A stretch of 64,000 bases of DNA, taken from the NCBI RefSeq assembly GCF_009914755.1, contig NC_060946.1; one strand, given 5' to 3'. Numbering within the stretch: position 1 is the stretch's first letter; every line of letters begins with the position of its first letter. The DNA comes from the human T2T-CHM13v2.0 reference genome, Homo sapiens. The translations under genes and the position numbers were made by a program. Below, in pieces: positions 1 through 14,759 of this stretch. The notes beneath the pieces were generated by a model. It was not told the DNA's origin and did no database searches. It saw nothing but the letters and a program-made list of their open reading frames with translations.

Positions 1-149
1 AGACAGAGCTCTGAGGTGTCCCCACCACACCCTGGGGCCTTTCTCCCTCAGTTCTTTATAAAAGGGATATTTGTCATGGGCTTAGGGGAAGAGGCCGCTG
101 AGGTCACACAAGACCTGCCTTCTTGCTCTGGCTCACAAGGCACAAGTGA

Positions 150-394
150 GCTGTGACCCTGGACTCTGTGTCAGTGCTGTGGTCACTTGGTCAGAACTAA
201 GGGAAGCTGGAGAAATGTGGGTAGCTTTGATGCAGTCTGGCACCAGAAGCTCCATCCTGAAGCACTCTGAAGGTGCTGATGGCTGTTCACTGTGCTGCAC
301 CCTGAGCAGGAGGATGATCATCATCGCAGACCTAGGGTGACAGCCTCAGAGCTGAAATATTCCTCCTGGCCCTGAGAAAAGTGGGCTAAAGTTC
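150..394 (+). pseudogene. Highly decayed V-lambda relic (CDR1/FR2 and FR3 end, degenerate RSS; CDR2-FR3 mostly deleted)
   Basis: 202-267 reads GSWRNVGSFDAVWHQKLHPEAL (cf. IGLV1 GSSSNIG..V.WYQQLPGTAP). 283-327 reads LFTVLHPEQEDDHHR (cf. ITGLQAEDEADYYC). 363-385 ctcctggccctgagaaaagtggg resembles a V-lambda 23-bp RSS spacer; heptamer and nonamer are degenerate. Confidence 0.5.
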
Positions 395-710
395 TCCCTT
401 CTGCGTGTGTTACCCAGTGGTTTGCCCCCCTTTCATCACCTGTGACCAACATGGGCTCATTGGGGATATTTGTGCTGTCATTTCTGGCACAAGAACCCAA
501 AGATCTAAGACCATAAAATGCATTTGGTCTTTCATACTGTCTATTCCCATCAGGGCAGACATCTATCCATTAATACATTTTATTTAATTTTCTTGTCTAA
601 TATTTTCAGAGCAATGATGAGTAATGAGTGAGGTAAGGGGTACCTTTGCATTTTTTTGATCTCAGGGAAAATGTCCTCCATGCAGTAAGATGATGACTCC
701 GGACCAAGAC

Positions 711-712
<2 letters not shown>

Positions 713-767
<55 letters not shown>

Positions 768-804
768 CGCGCGTGCACGTGCACACGTGCACACGCATGT
801 GTGT
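713..804. repeat. (GT)23(GC)7 microsatellite within a 92-bp alternating purine-pyrimidine tract
   Basis: Directly visible. Confidence 0.95.
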
Positions 805-1047
805 TACCATATCATAAACAAATTTATCTGTTTCTGTATTCTTACCTGATTTTTATTAGGGATAGATATTAAAATTTGCCAAACACATTAAAAATCTATT
901 GATACAATATGATCTTTGGTTGTGATGTAATAATATGGTATTATACCAAAACTTTTATTAATGTTGAACCCAACCATTATTTTAAGTATAAATCCCACTT
1001 GACAATGGTGTATAAATGTGTAAATCTGGTGTTGAAATCAGTTCGTT

Positions 1048-1225
1048 CCTCAAATTTCCTGGTTCAAGTGATCCTCCCACCTCAGCTCCTTGAGTAGCCG
1101 GGATTCCAAGTGGGTGTCACCATGCCTGGCTAATTAAAAACAAATTTTATTTGTCTCAACATATTGCCCAGTCTGGTCTCGAACTCCTGGGCACAAGCGA
1201 TCCTCCTGCCTCAGCCTCCCAGAAT
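1048..1225 (-). mobile_element. Alu fragment (old, AluJ-like)
   Basis: caagtgatcctcccacctcagc...ctcgaactcctgggcacaagcgatcctcctgcctcagcctccca. Confidence 0.8.
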
Positions 1226-1269
1226 GAGTTAACATTTTATTTTAAAATTTTGCATTAATATGTTTATTT

Positions 1270-2660
1270 TATTTTTTATTTTTAAAATTTTAACTTTTAT
1301 TTTAAATTCAGGTGGTACATGTGCAGGTTTGTTACAAGGGTATATTGTGTGATGTTGAAGTACACAATTTTATCTTTTTAAATTGCTCTTAATACATATT
1401 TTTAATTTAAATTTCAACTTTTATTTTAAATATAGCAGGTACACGCGCAGGTTTGTTACATGGGTGTATTGCACCCGGGTTGTGAGCATTGTACCCAACA
1501 GGTAGTTTTTTACACCATTCCCTCCTCTCCCTCCCCCTCCTAGCAGTGCCCAGTGTCTATTGTTCTCATGTTTATGCCATGCGTGCTCAATGTTTATCTC
1601 CCACTTAAAAATGAGAACACGTGGTATTTGGCTTTCTGTCCCTGTGTTAGTTGCCTAGGATTATGTCCCCCTGCTGCATCCATGTTGCTTCAAAGGACAT
1701 TATTTTATTCCTTTTTATGGATGCATAGTATTCCATGGGGTATATAAACTATATTTTCTTTATCCAACCCACCACTGACGGGCACCTAGGTTGATCCCAT
1801 GTCTTTGGTATTGTGAATAGTGTGGTGGTGAATATACAAGTGCATGTGGCCTTTGGGTATAATGATCTATTTGTCTTTGGATAGATACCCTGTAATGGGA
1901 TTGCTGGGTCAAATGGTAGCTCTGTTTTAAGTTCTTTGAGAAGTCTTCAAACTGCTTTCCACAATGCCTGAAATATGGTGTATACATGTTTTCTTTACTC
2001 TACAGCCTCACCATCAGCTGTTGTTTTTTTACTCTAATTATAGCCATTCTGACTGGTGTGACATGGCATCTCATTGTGGTTTTGATTTGCATATCTTGAT
2101 GATTAGTGATGATGAGCATTTCTCCACAGTTTTGTTGGCCACTAATTTAGTGCAGTTTTAAGTTCATAGCAAAATACAGAAGAAGGTAGAAAGATATTCC
2201 CTATCCTCCCTGGCTCCACACATGTCCAGCCTTCCCCCTTATCAACGGGTCCCATCAGAAATGTACATGTCCTGTAATTGATGAACCACATTGACAGGTC
2301 ATTATCACTACAAGTCAGTATTTTCCTTAAGGAATTTTTCTCGCTGATGCACATCCTATGGCTATGGGTTTGCGCAAATATATAATGACATATATCCACC
2401 ATTACAGTATCATGCAGTGTATTTCCCTTCCCTACAAATCTTCTGGCTTTACTGATTCATCTCTCTCTCTCCCCTAACCTTTGGAAGTCGATGACTTTTC
2501 TACTTTTTTCCTTTGTTTGACTGTAATATACTTGAAATTATTTCCCCCTTTTTGGACTGTAATATACTTGGAATCACATATCATGTCATTTGCAGGTCAG
2601 CTCCTTTTACTTACTAATAAGCATTTAAGTTTCTTCCATGTCTTTTCGTGGTTTGATAGT
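1270..2660 (-). mobile_element. Old LINE-1 3' end fragments (L1PB/L1M-type)
   Basis: tacatgtgcaggtttgttac, attgctgggtcaaatggtagctctg, ccattctgactggtgtga; ORF 1760..1987 is L1 ORF2-tail derived. Confidence 0.8.
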
Positions 2661-3114
2661 GTGTTGTCCATAAACATGTAGAATATATTAATATAAAGTA
2701 CTTTGGAGCTGATCACATCACTGGCCATTCAGGTTTTTCAATTACTGTTTGTTGAATGACAGTGACCAGTCAGATGACAGGAAGTCTTAGACCCCCTGAG
2801 AACACAGAAGATGGACTGAGGATGTCAGGGTCACCGAGGACTGCACTGGGTGCTCTCATGGAGGGCTCAGTAGGGGTGTCCTCTAGTTCCAGTGAGCCTG
2901 GACTGTGATGGGCACTCAGAGAAGGGTCCTCTCTAGCCTAGCAGAGCCCCTGCTCACAGGCCTACCAGCTGTCCCAGCAGCTTTCCCTCCCAGGTCCTTC
3001 TGTGGGGCAGACAGAGTCTCACTGCCTGTTAGCCCTTCCTAACCACAAGACCCTCAGCAAAAGATCCTTATTCAGTGCTCAGGGAGAGGTGGGGCAGATA
3101 GCAGCTGGGGCCAC

Positions 3115-3162
3115 ACCTGCATGACCAGCTCCTCCTGGCTGAGGCCTACAGCAGGTAATAAA
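3115..3162 (+). promoter_or_regulatory. Degenerate Ig V promoter (mutated octamer ACCTGCAT, TATA-like TAATAAA)
   Basis: Octamer-like motif about 85 bp and AT box about 45 bp upstream of the leader ATG at 3203, the usual V-lambda spacing. Confidence 0.4.
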
Positions 3163-3202
3163 CTCAATCCATCCCACTGGACCAAAGGGAGCTGTGTCCA
3201 CC

Positions 3203-3696
3203 ATGGCCTGGACCCCTCTCGTGCTTGTCCTCACTCCCTGCACATGTAGGGAAAAGGCCTAGAGACCTAGGGCAGTTCCCAGCTTGTGTCAGCCCCTCTG
3301 GCTCAGACTTGCCAACAGCTTAACCCTGACACCTGCTCCAACAATGTAAATGTTTGCATTTCCAGGTTCCCTCTTCCAGGCTGGGCTGACCCAGGTGTCC
3401 TCACTCCCAGCGTCTTCATGCAGATCAAACACTCACCTGCACTCAGAGCATATCGGCTTTCATATCGGTGGCAAAAATACCTTCTTTTCCCTACAGAATC
3501 CAGGGAGCCCTCCAACTATGTTCTGAGATTATGCTCAGGCTAAAATGAGTACCAGGCCTCTGGGGTCCCCAGACAATTCTCTGGGTTGAGAGGCTCCTCC
3601 AGAGTCTCAAGTTATTTGGTCCTCTCTGGCCTTCACCTTGAGGATGGAGCAGATCATCTCTCTCAGATGGGCTGACAGGGCATGGCTTACACTGTG
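3203..3696 (+). pseudogene. IGLVIV-53: Immunoglobulin lambda variable pseudogene, probably IGLV(IV)-53
   Basis: Leader exon 3203-3245 MAWTPLVLVLTPCT, GT donor at 3246, acceptor ttccag ending 3365. V exon QAGLTQVSSLPAS...frameshift...LTCTQS...PSNYVLRLCSG*(3541)...GVPRQFSG...LSGLHLEDGADH. Conserved Trp and second Cys lost. Heptamer CACTGTG at 3690-3696, nonamer absent. Name inferred from position next to the TOP3B copy and VPREB1. Confidence 0.85.
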
Positions 3697-6654
3697 CTCT
3701 AGGCCAATGGGAAAATCCCCTCTGCTTGTGCTGCCTGGGCTCCCACTAGGCCCCTGCTGTTTGTGACAACAGCCAGCACTGGTGGTGACGCTTCAGCCAT
3801 GTATGCCCTACGGTGAGAGTCTGCAGCCCTTCCACGCAACTATCACTTGCAGAATGTCTGCATCATTGCTAATAGCACATTCTGAGCCTCCTCACGTTTC
3901 TGTGGGCAACAATTTCCTTCCCAAGACGTGCACATGATACAGGAGATTTATTTACCAAATAAGTTTATTAGGAATCCAATTATAATTAGAAGATATTCAT
4001 CAGTGATCGGGGGAAATATCTGGTATAATTAAAATAGAATTTGATGAAAATATAAATAAAGAACTAAATTATGAAGGTGTGGGCAGAGAGTCTGGACACC
4101 CTAAGGGAGATGGAAAACCATTCATCCTTGCCAGGAATGAATGTCTCTGGGATGCTTCTCTAACAGGAGGAACCTGGAGTGAGACCAGGAACCTGGAGAA
4201 CTAGCAGCTGGGTGACTGGAAAGGAAACCATCTGGGGTGGGGTTGGGTCTGCAAGGCAGGAGGTGTCTGGGCAGAGAAAGCAGGGCTGGGGCGGAGGGTC
4301 CTGCCTCATCCCATTCTCCTGCTCACTCCTTCCTAGATCCCTGTCAGGGCAGTAACCATGAGCAAGGCTTGAGGCTACTTCTTATAAACAGTGGCCCTGG
4401 GCACATTCCTTAGCTCACCTGAGCCTGTTTCTTGATGAGAAAAAATCAGGACAATAGCAACCAACCTATCTCAGAGGGCTGCTGTGAGACCCTGAGCCAC
4501 TGTTTCTCAAACTGCCCCTGAGATCACCTACAACAGAATGGCTGTAGGGTGAAGTTTGAGAACCGCAGTACAGGTGAGGTGGTGCGTGGGGCAGGCCCTC
4601 CCACACTGTAAAGTGCAGTGTGGTGCGGTAAAAGCTGATATTCCCGCAGGCATCCTCAGAGGGGGCCCAATTAGACTCTTGAGCACTGATTCCATTCAAG
4701 GTCTGCGGCTTAGAGAGGATGGCAAAGTGAGGCACCACCAGGAGCTTGTCCCTATGGGCTCCAGGCCAAGGACGTGCCTGGAGATGACTCCTGCCTTGTG
4801 GCGCTGTCACTGCCTCACTGTCCACATTCCATCACGCCTCAGATCCTGGCTTCCACCCTGGTGAAAGGAATCTTTCAATATCACCCACCCAGCCACAGAC
4901 GCTTCTCTGCTTCTCTGGCAAGGCTGCACCCCTGGCTAGGTGGGCAGGGCCAGGGGCTCCTTGAGACAGTCTGCAGCCACTGACCTCTCCAGCCTCCAGG
5001 GCAGAGGTACAGTCCCATGGAGCGTGGCTGATCTGAAGGCAGTTCTGGCCTAAAAGGGGTCTTGTCCCTTCCTCGTCCTCATTGCTCCCAAGGCCAGGTT
5101 GGCAGCAGTAGCAGCGGGGTTGGATGCTATTGGATGGGAGAAGGTGAATGGACTCGGAGTGCAGAATCAAGCTGCGGAAGCCAAGGGCCTTGAAGGAGGG
5201 TCACACACAAGGGACAACTGCAGAGGAAAATAAAGGAACACTTTGTGATTAGCCCTGCCTGTGGCTGAAAGTGCAGTGCAGAAGCATAGTAAGGAAGGAC
5301 TGGGTGGTCTGGGTTTAAGACCTAGGAACCGTCTCTGCTCCTCCAAGCCTGAATGAGCCCTATAACCTAAGGGTCCTGGAGGTCTTGAAACCTTCTGCGG
5401 AGAAGGCTCCAGGTCCACTGGGCCCTGTGGGTGGAAGAGCAGAGTCACAGCCCCGCACTGGGGACCTAACAGGTGTGGCCTTGCTAGGGCCCCAGAATGG
5501 GACCAGAGTGGGTGGGAGGGGGCAGAAGCTCTGAGAGCACCCCCTCCTTCCTGAAGCCTGTGCTTCTGAGACACATCCCAGGACCCTCTATGTGGTTCCC
5601 CATGTCTCTGTATTTTCATTCAGCTTCGAGTAGCTCTCCAAACTGTGTTCCAGGGAACCCCCGTGTTAACCTGTGAGGGCCTCCAGGAAGGGGGTCCAGG
5701 TGGGGTATGCTTGGTGGGCTCTGGGTTTCCTTACAGGAGCTCTCATATAAGTCCTGGTGCAGCCTGGGAATCTACTACTGAGTTGGGGCGGGGGCGGGTC
5801 TGAGTCCGAAACATTCCTGACCTGCCCCTCAAAGAAAGGTCCCACTGAACAGTCTGGAAAGCTGTTTTGCTGAGCTCCCGTCATCACTCAATGAGGCACG
5901 GGCGGAGTGTGGAGGGAGTTTCCAACACACAGTGGATCCCGCACAGGTGTCTCTCCTCGGGTGGCTGGGGAGGGGAGCACAAGAAGGCACTGAGGTCAGA
6001 GGGCAGCTGCCACCAGCACCTGGCACCACAGGGCAGTCTGGCCTACAGGGTATTTTCTAAACCTGGCATGTGAATGGGTTCCATGGGGCACCCAGCTGCC
6101 TCTAAGACCATAAGGCCTTGTTGTGAGAATGGGAATTGCAGCAGGTCCTGGGAAGCTGCCAGACGCACACGGGCACCATGTACAGGGCTTCTCAGAGATG
6201 GGAGCAGGGAGCAGGGGACGGAGAAGCGTGGGGTCAAGAGCGTGGCCCTGAGCAGGGGGCTGCAGCGAAGACCAAGGGGATTCATAAGCCAGATCCAGGG
6301 AGGGGGTCTCCCAGCCCCACCTGCTCCACTAAACTCCTCTCCTGCCGGAGCCACAGCTGTCAAGTCCGCCTTCCTTAAGGCATCAGGGCCACTGCTTGTG
6401 CACACAGCTACCATCAGCAGCACGGATTGAGATGGGGTGTGAGTGCAAACTGGGTCTATTCCCCAGGGCTTCAGGGTTGGGGCATCCCTGCCCGTACTGC
6501 CAGGGTGTAGGGATAGCAGGGAGCACTCTGGGCACGTGTATGCAGGCTGAAGGGAGACGTATTGGGTTTCGGAGAGGGAAAGAGGGCCCCACAGGTGCCC
6601 AGGGACACGGTAACGCTCTGACATCGCTGCACCAGCAAAGGGGCCCCAGCTCTG

Positions 6655-8117
6655 GATAAGATAAAATGCATTTTAATAGTTTGAAGTGCCATGAGGTGTC
6701 TGCATGGCACTGCAGCCTGGGTGAGGGAGGACAGGGTCATCATACAAAGTAGGCGGCCAGGGCTGACATCTTGTCCTTGGGCCGTCTGGGGTTGGGCTTC
6801 CCAGGGGGCCTCCTGGCCCGGCCCCGCCCTCGACCCTGCCTTCTCCCTGGTCCACCGCGGTGCATGGGGTGGCAGGAGGCCGCATGCTTCAGCTCCACCA
6901 GTTCCTGGAAGACGGGGTCACAAAAGACGCAGCCCATGTGCTGCGCCTCATCGCCCGGGAGTGGGGACTTGGCCTTGTTGAAGTCCACATCAAGCAAGGC
7001 GGCCTCACAGACACTGCAGGTGTCGGCGGACACCCGCACGCGGTGGGCGTTCTCGAAGCAGTGCGCTACCACGTTGCACTTGTTGCAGGCCACCTTCCAC
7101 TTGGGGCCCGAGGTGGGGTCCAGCACCAGCACCCCGCTCTCACATTCCACGCACTGGCCGATGCCCAGCATGCTCAGCGAGTGCTGGCAGGAGGGGTGCG
7201 TACACTCGTTGCAGCCCATGCCTGGCGGGAGAAGGGAGCCCTGTAAAGGCACGCCCACTGTGCCCACCTGCCCTCTGCTGCCTGCTCCCAATGCCTCAAG
7301 CTCCTGGATCCCTCGTCCCAGCAGAAGGAACTCTTCTTGGCCTTGCTCTTGGGGACAGCCTTGCTCATGTTTCGGCTCCTGGCTGCCATTACCCCTGTTT
7401 TCTGCTTACCTGAAACCTCCTCAACTTTCAAGGCCCCTCGCTGGCGCCATCCCAGTGGGTTTCAGCTGACTCCATCCCCCCTTTGCTTTGCTGCCAGCTT
7501 GTTACTGGTAATGCCACATGACCCTCATGTCACTGGGCCACATGGGACCACCCTGTCAGCTACTCTGGTGGCAGCAGGAGGGCAGGGATGGGGTCTCACT
7601 CCCCCGGCAGCCTGGGTGCAGACTGAGGCCTGAGGGGGCTTTCTGCAGAGCACACGGTGAATGTGGGCAGATGCCTCACTCCCGCTGATTCCTGGTCTGG
7701 CTCGGTGCTCTGTCCTGCCCGCCTGGACATGCGCTCCCTCCTCCAGTAATGAGGACGAGGATGAGGATGGAGGACGGTGGTGGATGCTGACTGGGGGTGC
7801 CCGCTCACCGGGTGGGTCCCCCGACTGCTGCATCCTCTTGCTGACTCAGCTCCAGAGGGAGCACTGCACACCTGCGCCCAGGTCCTGAGGGTGGACTAGG
7901 GTTGCCTGCTCGATTCTGACACAGAGAGAGGGTGGCACCACTGGCTGAGGCCTAAGCAGTGCCCCAGCTACATCCAGGGTCTCTCGTCTCAGTGCCAATG
8001 AGTGCAGGAAAGGCCAGGGTGAGGGGTCCCCTCAGAGTCCAGCCTGGTGCAAGGCAGGGGTTGGCACTGAACAGAGACTGCAGCTACCTGTGGACAGGAG
8101 GGAGCGGCTGCACTCAC
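6655..8117 (-). pseudogene. TOP3BP1: Duplicated (unprocessed) TOP3B fragment: last intron plus last coding exon and 3' UTR
   Basis: Exon 7221-6740 encodes GMGCNECTHPSCQHSLS...CVFCDP...RGGPGRRQGRGRGR...KMSALAAYFV*, the TOP3B C-terminus (Cys clusters plus RG tail). Acceptor cccgccag ends at 7222, donor AAG|GTGAGTG at 8117, ATTAAA at 6677-6672. No upstream TOP3B exons present. Confidence 0.9.
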
Positions 8118-8129
8118 CTTGATGCTGCT

Positions 8130-8950
8130 GTTCAACAATGGATTGCTGTTGGGCCTAACCAACTTTAAGACTTGGTGGGCTTGACACAACTTACCTTGTG
8201 ATAGGCAGATGTGAATGTGTGGTCAACAGGTATCTTATGGTCCTCCGCTAGGGCCAACAGCACTGCAGAAGTTGTTTTACAAAACACATGTAATTCATTA
8301 CTGCAGACTGCACTTAGCCCTGCTAAGTGCAGGGCTGGAGGGCCTGTGCTGTGATTCTCCCACTGGAGCTCACTGCAAATTCCACATGGCATCTTTTCTT
8401 ACCACCGACCCCTCCAGTCCCCTAAATTCTGCCGAGTCTTATGGCCCAAGCAGCAGGGCTGTTTTCACTGCAGCCTTGTCAGGCAGCAGATGACTTTTCT
8501 ACGCCAGGCTGCATTCAAAGGTGGCAGCCTTCTGTAGACCAACGACATAGGCCAGAAGTGGAACATGCTGTTCCCAAAACCTGAAGAGTTCTGCCAGGCA
8601 TTATGTTTGGACGATCTGACCCATCCTGCCTTGACCACTTAGGCACTCAAAACTGTACTCACGTGACAGTTCCCTGAATCTTCATACAGATTATCTCCTA
8701 CCCTTTATAGTGCATGTTTCTTATGAAGGCCTCCAACATGCTAGCCATTTCCTACTAAACTAACTCAACTAGCATGATGTCAACAACACAGTCAATCAAT
8801 GGGATATTTTGTGGGGTGCTCAGATGGCAGAATGCTCCCACATCAATAAAACTCACCCTTATCTAATCTTCATGTTCTGGTCCCCCTCTATCACCCACCC
8901 TCATGATCCAGTCCCATGCCTAGTCCCTTGACTCCTGCTGGTACCTGCTG
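8130..8950 (-). mobile_element. ERVL-class internal pol (RT-connection/RNase H region) remnant
   Basis: Minus strand reads LFRFWEQHVP...KAATFE...AAVKTALLLGP*D...KDAMWNLQ*APVGESQHRP...AQQQSIV, like ERVL pol; many stops. Confidence 0.7.
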
Positions 8951-9006
8951 GTTAGGTCTTATGGCTCCTCTGGTGTGTAGTCCCTTTTCTTCCCCTTTTA
9001 AAAAAT

Positions 9007-9351
9007 GTTTTGAGACAGGGTCTTTTCTGTCCCCTAGACTGGAGTGCAGTGTCATGATCATGGCTCACTGCAGCTTTGACCTCCTGGGGTCAAGTGATCC
9101 TCATGTCTCAGTCTCCTGAGTAGCTGGGACTACATGTGTGAGCCGCCAAGCCTGGCTAATTAAAAAAAATTTTTTTTTTTTTTTTGTAGAAGTGAATGTT
9201 CCGCTATGTTGCCCAGGTTGGTCTCAAACTGCTAGGCTCAAGTGATCTTCCTGCCCCAAACTCTTAGGCTCAAGTGATCCTCCTGATTTTCCTTATCCCC
9301 GTGAGCCTCCTGAAGTGCTGGGGTTACAGATGTGAGGCACCTCACCCAGCC
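9007..9351 (-). mobile_element. Alu (AluJ-like)
   Basis: Two-arm Alu sequence in reverse. Confidence 0.85.
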
Positions 9352-9564
9352 TTTTCTCTCTTCTCAAAATGAGCACATCTCCTGCTGTGTTGTGCTGGGA
9401 CTTAACCCTAGTTCTAGGCCAAGAGGGAAATTGGGCAAGATGGTGAAGAAGGCATATTTTGTCTTAGTGAGAGAAGCCTCTGCAAACAAAGGAGTTTAGC
9501 TCTGAATAGGCTGAGTTTAGTCCACTTCTGCAGGCTCAGGGGATTAAGGAAAATCAGTGACTTA

Positions 9565-9999
<435 letters not shown>

Positions 10000-10708
10000 T
10001 CAATCACCCCAAACAGTCCAGTGACCCCTGATGGTTGAGCAGCAGCACTAGAACCCCAAATTTCTAGGGGAGACCCAGCTTCCAGTTTATTAAGTTCCAT
10101 GCACTTAATTCTTGTTCTGCTTGATTTTGGGTCAGCAGTTACATGAACTCACGTGTTTCTCAACCAGTGTTCTGGAGATCTGGCTCAGTGCAGGGCTGTG
10201 GTTTCAAAGTTATTCAAGCAATGCCACCAAAAGCCTGTACCCCAGAATACCTGCCATAGGCCGTCCTGTCTATCCCTGAGACAGTCCTTTCTTATTGAAG
10301 ATGAAGCACTTTGGCCCGTAGCTGGTTGCCAGAGCTTTCAGAAAAGCGTCGGAGTAAAACAACCATCTCTGATGACAAAAGACTTAAAATGGCTGTGAAG
10401 AGCTCTATTAATTCCTCAAATATTCATTGCTCTATTTTTTATCTCCTTTTATAACTCCTACTGCCAGGCTATTGGCCTTTCTACTTCTATCCTCTCCCCG
10501 ACATTCCCATCTTAGTAAATGACTCCACAGGTACTTCAGCTCCCATTCAAGGACCTTGGATTACCCTTGGGTCCTCTCTCTTACTCAACAGCCCATCCTA
10601 TGCCAAGTCTCACCAATTCTTCTCTCTCTCTACACACACACATATACAAACTTATTTGTAAACAATTATTTTAAAAAATCTCTCTTCTGAGGTTCCAGCT
10701 TTCTTCTT

Positions 10709-11308
10709 CTTTTATTTTTTTGAGACTGAGTCTCGCTTTGTCACCCAGGCTGGAATGCAGTGACACGATCTTGGCTCACTGCAATCTCTGCCTCCTGGTT
10801 TCAAGTGATTCTCATGCCTCAGCCTCCTGAGGAGCTGGGACTACAGGCATGCATCACCACGCCCAGCTAATTTTTTTGTATTTTTAGTAAAGACAGGATT
10901 TCACTATGTTGGCCTGGCTGGTCTCAAACTCCTGACCTCAGATAATCTGCCCACCTTAGCCTCCAAAGTGCTAGTATTACACGATGAGCCACTGTCCCCA
11001 GCCTCTCTCTCTTTTTTTTTTTTTTTTGAGACAGGGTCTTACTCTGTCGCCCAGGCTAGAGTGCAGTGGTATGATCTTGGCTTACTGCAGCCATGATCTC
11101 CCAGGCTCAGGCCATCCCACCTCAGCCTCCTGACTAGCTGGGACCACAGGCATGCTCCACCATGCCCAGCTAATTTGTGTATTTTTTTTGTAGATACAGG
11201 GTTTCACTATGTTGCCCAGGCTGGTGTCAGGCTCCTAGGCTCCAGTGATACCCCCACCTCGGCCTCCCAAAGTACTGGGATTACAGGGGTGAGCCACCAC
11301 ACCCAGTC
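10709..11308 (-). mobile_element. Two tandem Alus (about 10709-11003 and 11012-11308)
   Basis: Two poly(T)-led reverse Alu bodies. Confidence 0.9.
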
Positions 11309-11597
11309 ACAGCTTTCTTTTTAGAGTTCACCACAGTTTGAGTGATTATTTGGAATTTTTAAGTGGCAAAAATTACAACAATATATTTGTAAATGAAAGA
11401 GAATTGTGAAATGTATTTGAAATTTTAACTTTAAGATTTTCTTTAAAATACCCATATTGAATGAAGAGTATCAAAGTAACTATTGTTTAAAAAATGGGGC
11501 TTCATTTGGGTTAAAACACAAGAATCATGAACATGATCAAAATTCTTCAAAGTGCTTGCTTGGAATGATACAGAGAGGATTAGCAAATACAAATAGT

Positions 11598-12044
<447 letters not shown>

Positions 12045-12240
12045 TGATGCTAATCTTATGAAAGACAACCAACAACAAATTCTGAATACTAAAGTGTGCG
12101 AAATGTATTTAATTCTTTTCATAGCACAGATGAGTTAACCCACGATGTGTTGTCCCAGGCACTATGGAGTCATCTTGAATTTCATGTTCTAAACAAACAC
12201 CCTTGGCCTGGAGGAATGCACCTGCATATCACGACAGGAC

Positions 12241-14085
<1,845 letters not shown>

Positions 14086-14312
14086 GGCGACTGCAGTGCC
14101 CAACTTCCTCCAGCTGAGTCCTCATGAGATCCTTCCTGCAATTAGTGCTCCCAGCTCCTCAGTCCCTTCAAAAGATAAATCATTCCGGAGATGGGTGGTG
14201 GTGATGTAGCATGACAATGTGGCTACTTTCAATGCTACCGAACTGCATACCAAAAAATGGTTAAAATGCTGAATTTTATGTTATGTATATTTTACCACAT
14301 TAAAAAAATATT

Positions 14313-14660
14313 AGCTGGGTACAGTGGCTCACACTTGTAGTCCCAGCACTTTGGGAGGCTGAGGCAGGAGGATTGCTTTTAGTCCAGGCATTTGAGATCA
14401 GCCTGGGCAACACAGTGAGAACCCATCTCTACAAAAAAACTCACAAAATTAGCTGGCCAAGTTGATTGTGTGCCTGTAATCTCAGCATCTCTGGAGGTGG
14501 AGGTGGGGGGATTGCTTGAGCCCAGGAGTTCAAGGCCTCAGTGTACTGTGATCACACCACTGCACTCCAGCCTGGGTGGCAGAGCGAGATCCAGTCTCCA
14601 AAATAATAATAGTAATAAATAATAGTAATAATAATAAATAAATAAGTGATAATAAATAAA
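14313..14660 (+). mobile_element. Alu (AluJ-like) with TAA-rich tail
   Basis: Alu body and tail. Confidence 0.85.
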
Positions 14661-14759
14661 AATATCCACTTGGGATAATTATCACAAGAACTTTGCTGTC
14701 ATGGTTGTGATTTTTTGGAACAAATTCTCATGGTTCTAACTAAACCAAATCAAATACAA

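Noticed and set aside
3690-3728. Functional RSS for the V pseudogene
   Set aside because: The heptamer CACTGTG is present but the nonamer position reads ctctgcttg; at most a cryptic site.
4466-6624. Several 100-190 aa ORFs downstream of the TOP3B copy
   Set aside because: GC-rich non-coding flank with overlapping ORFs on both strands and no recognisable homology.
6740-7291. 183-aa ORF as an intact TOP3B gene
   Set aside because: Only the last exon is present; the first 23 residues are intronic and the topoisomerase exons are absent.
6771-7469. 232-aa plus-strand ORF
   Set aside because: Antisense shadow of the GC-rich TOP3B exon.
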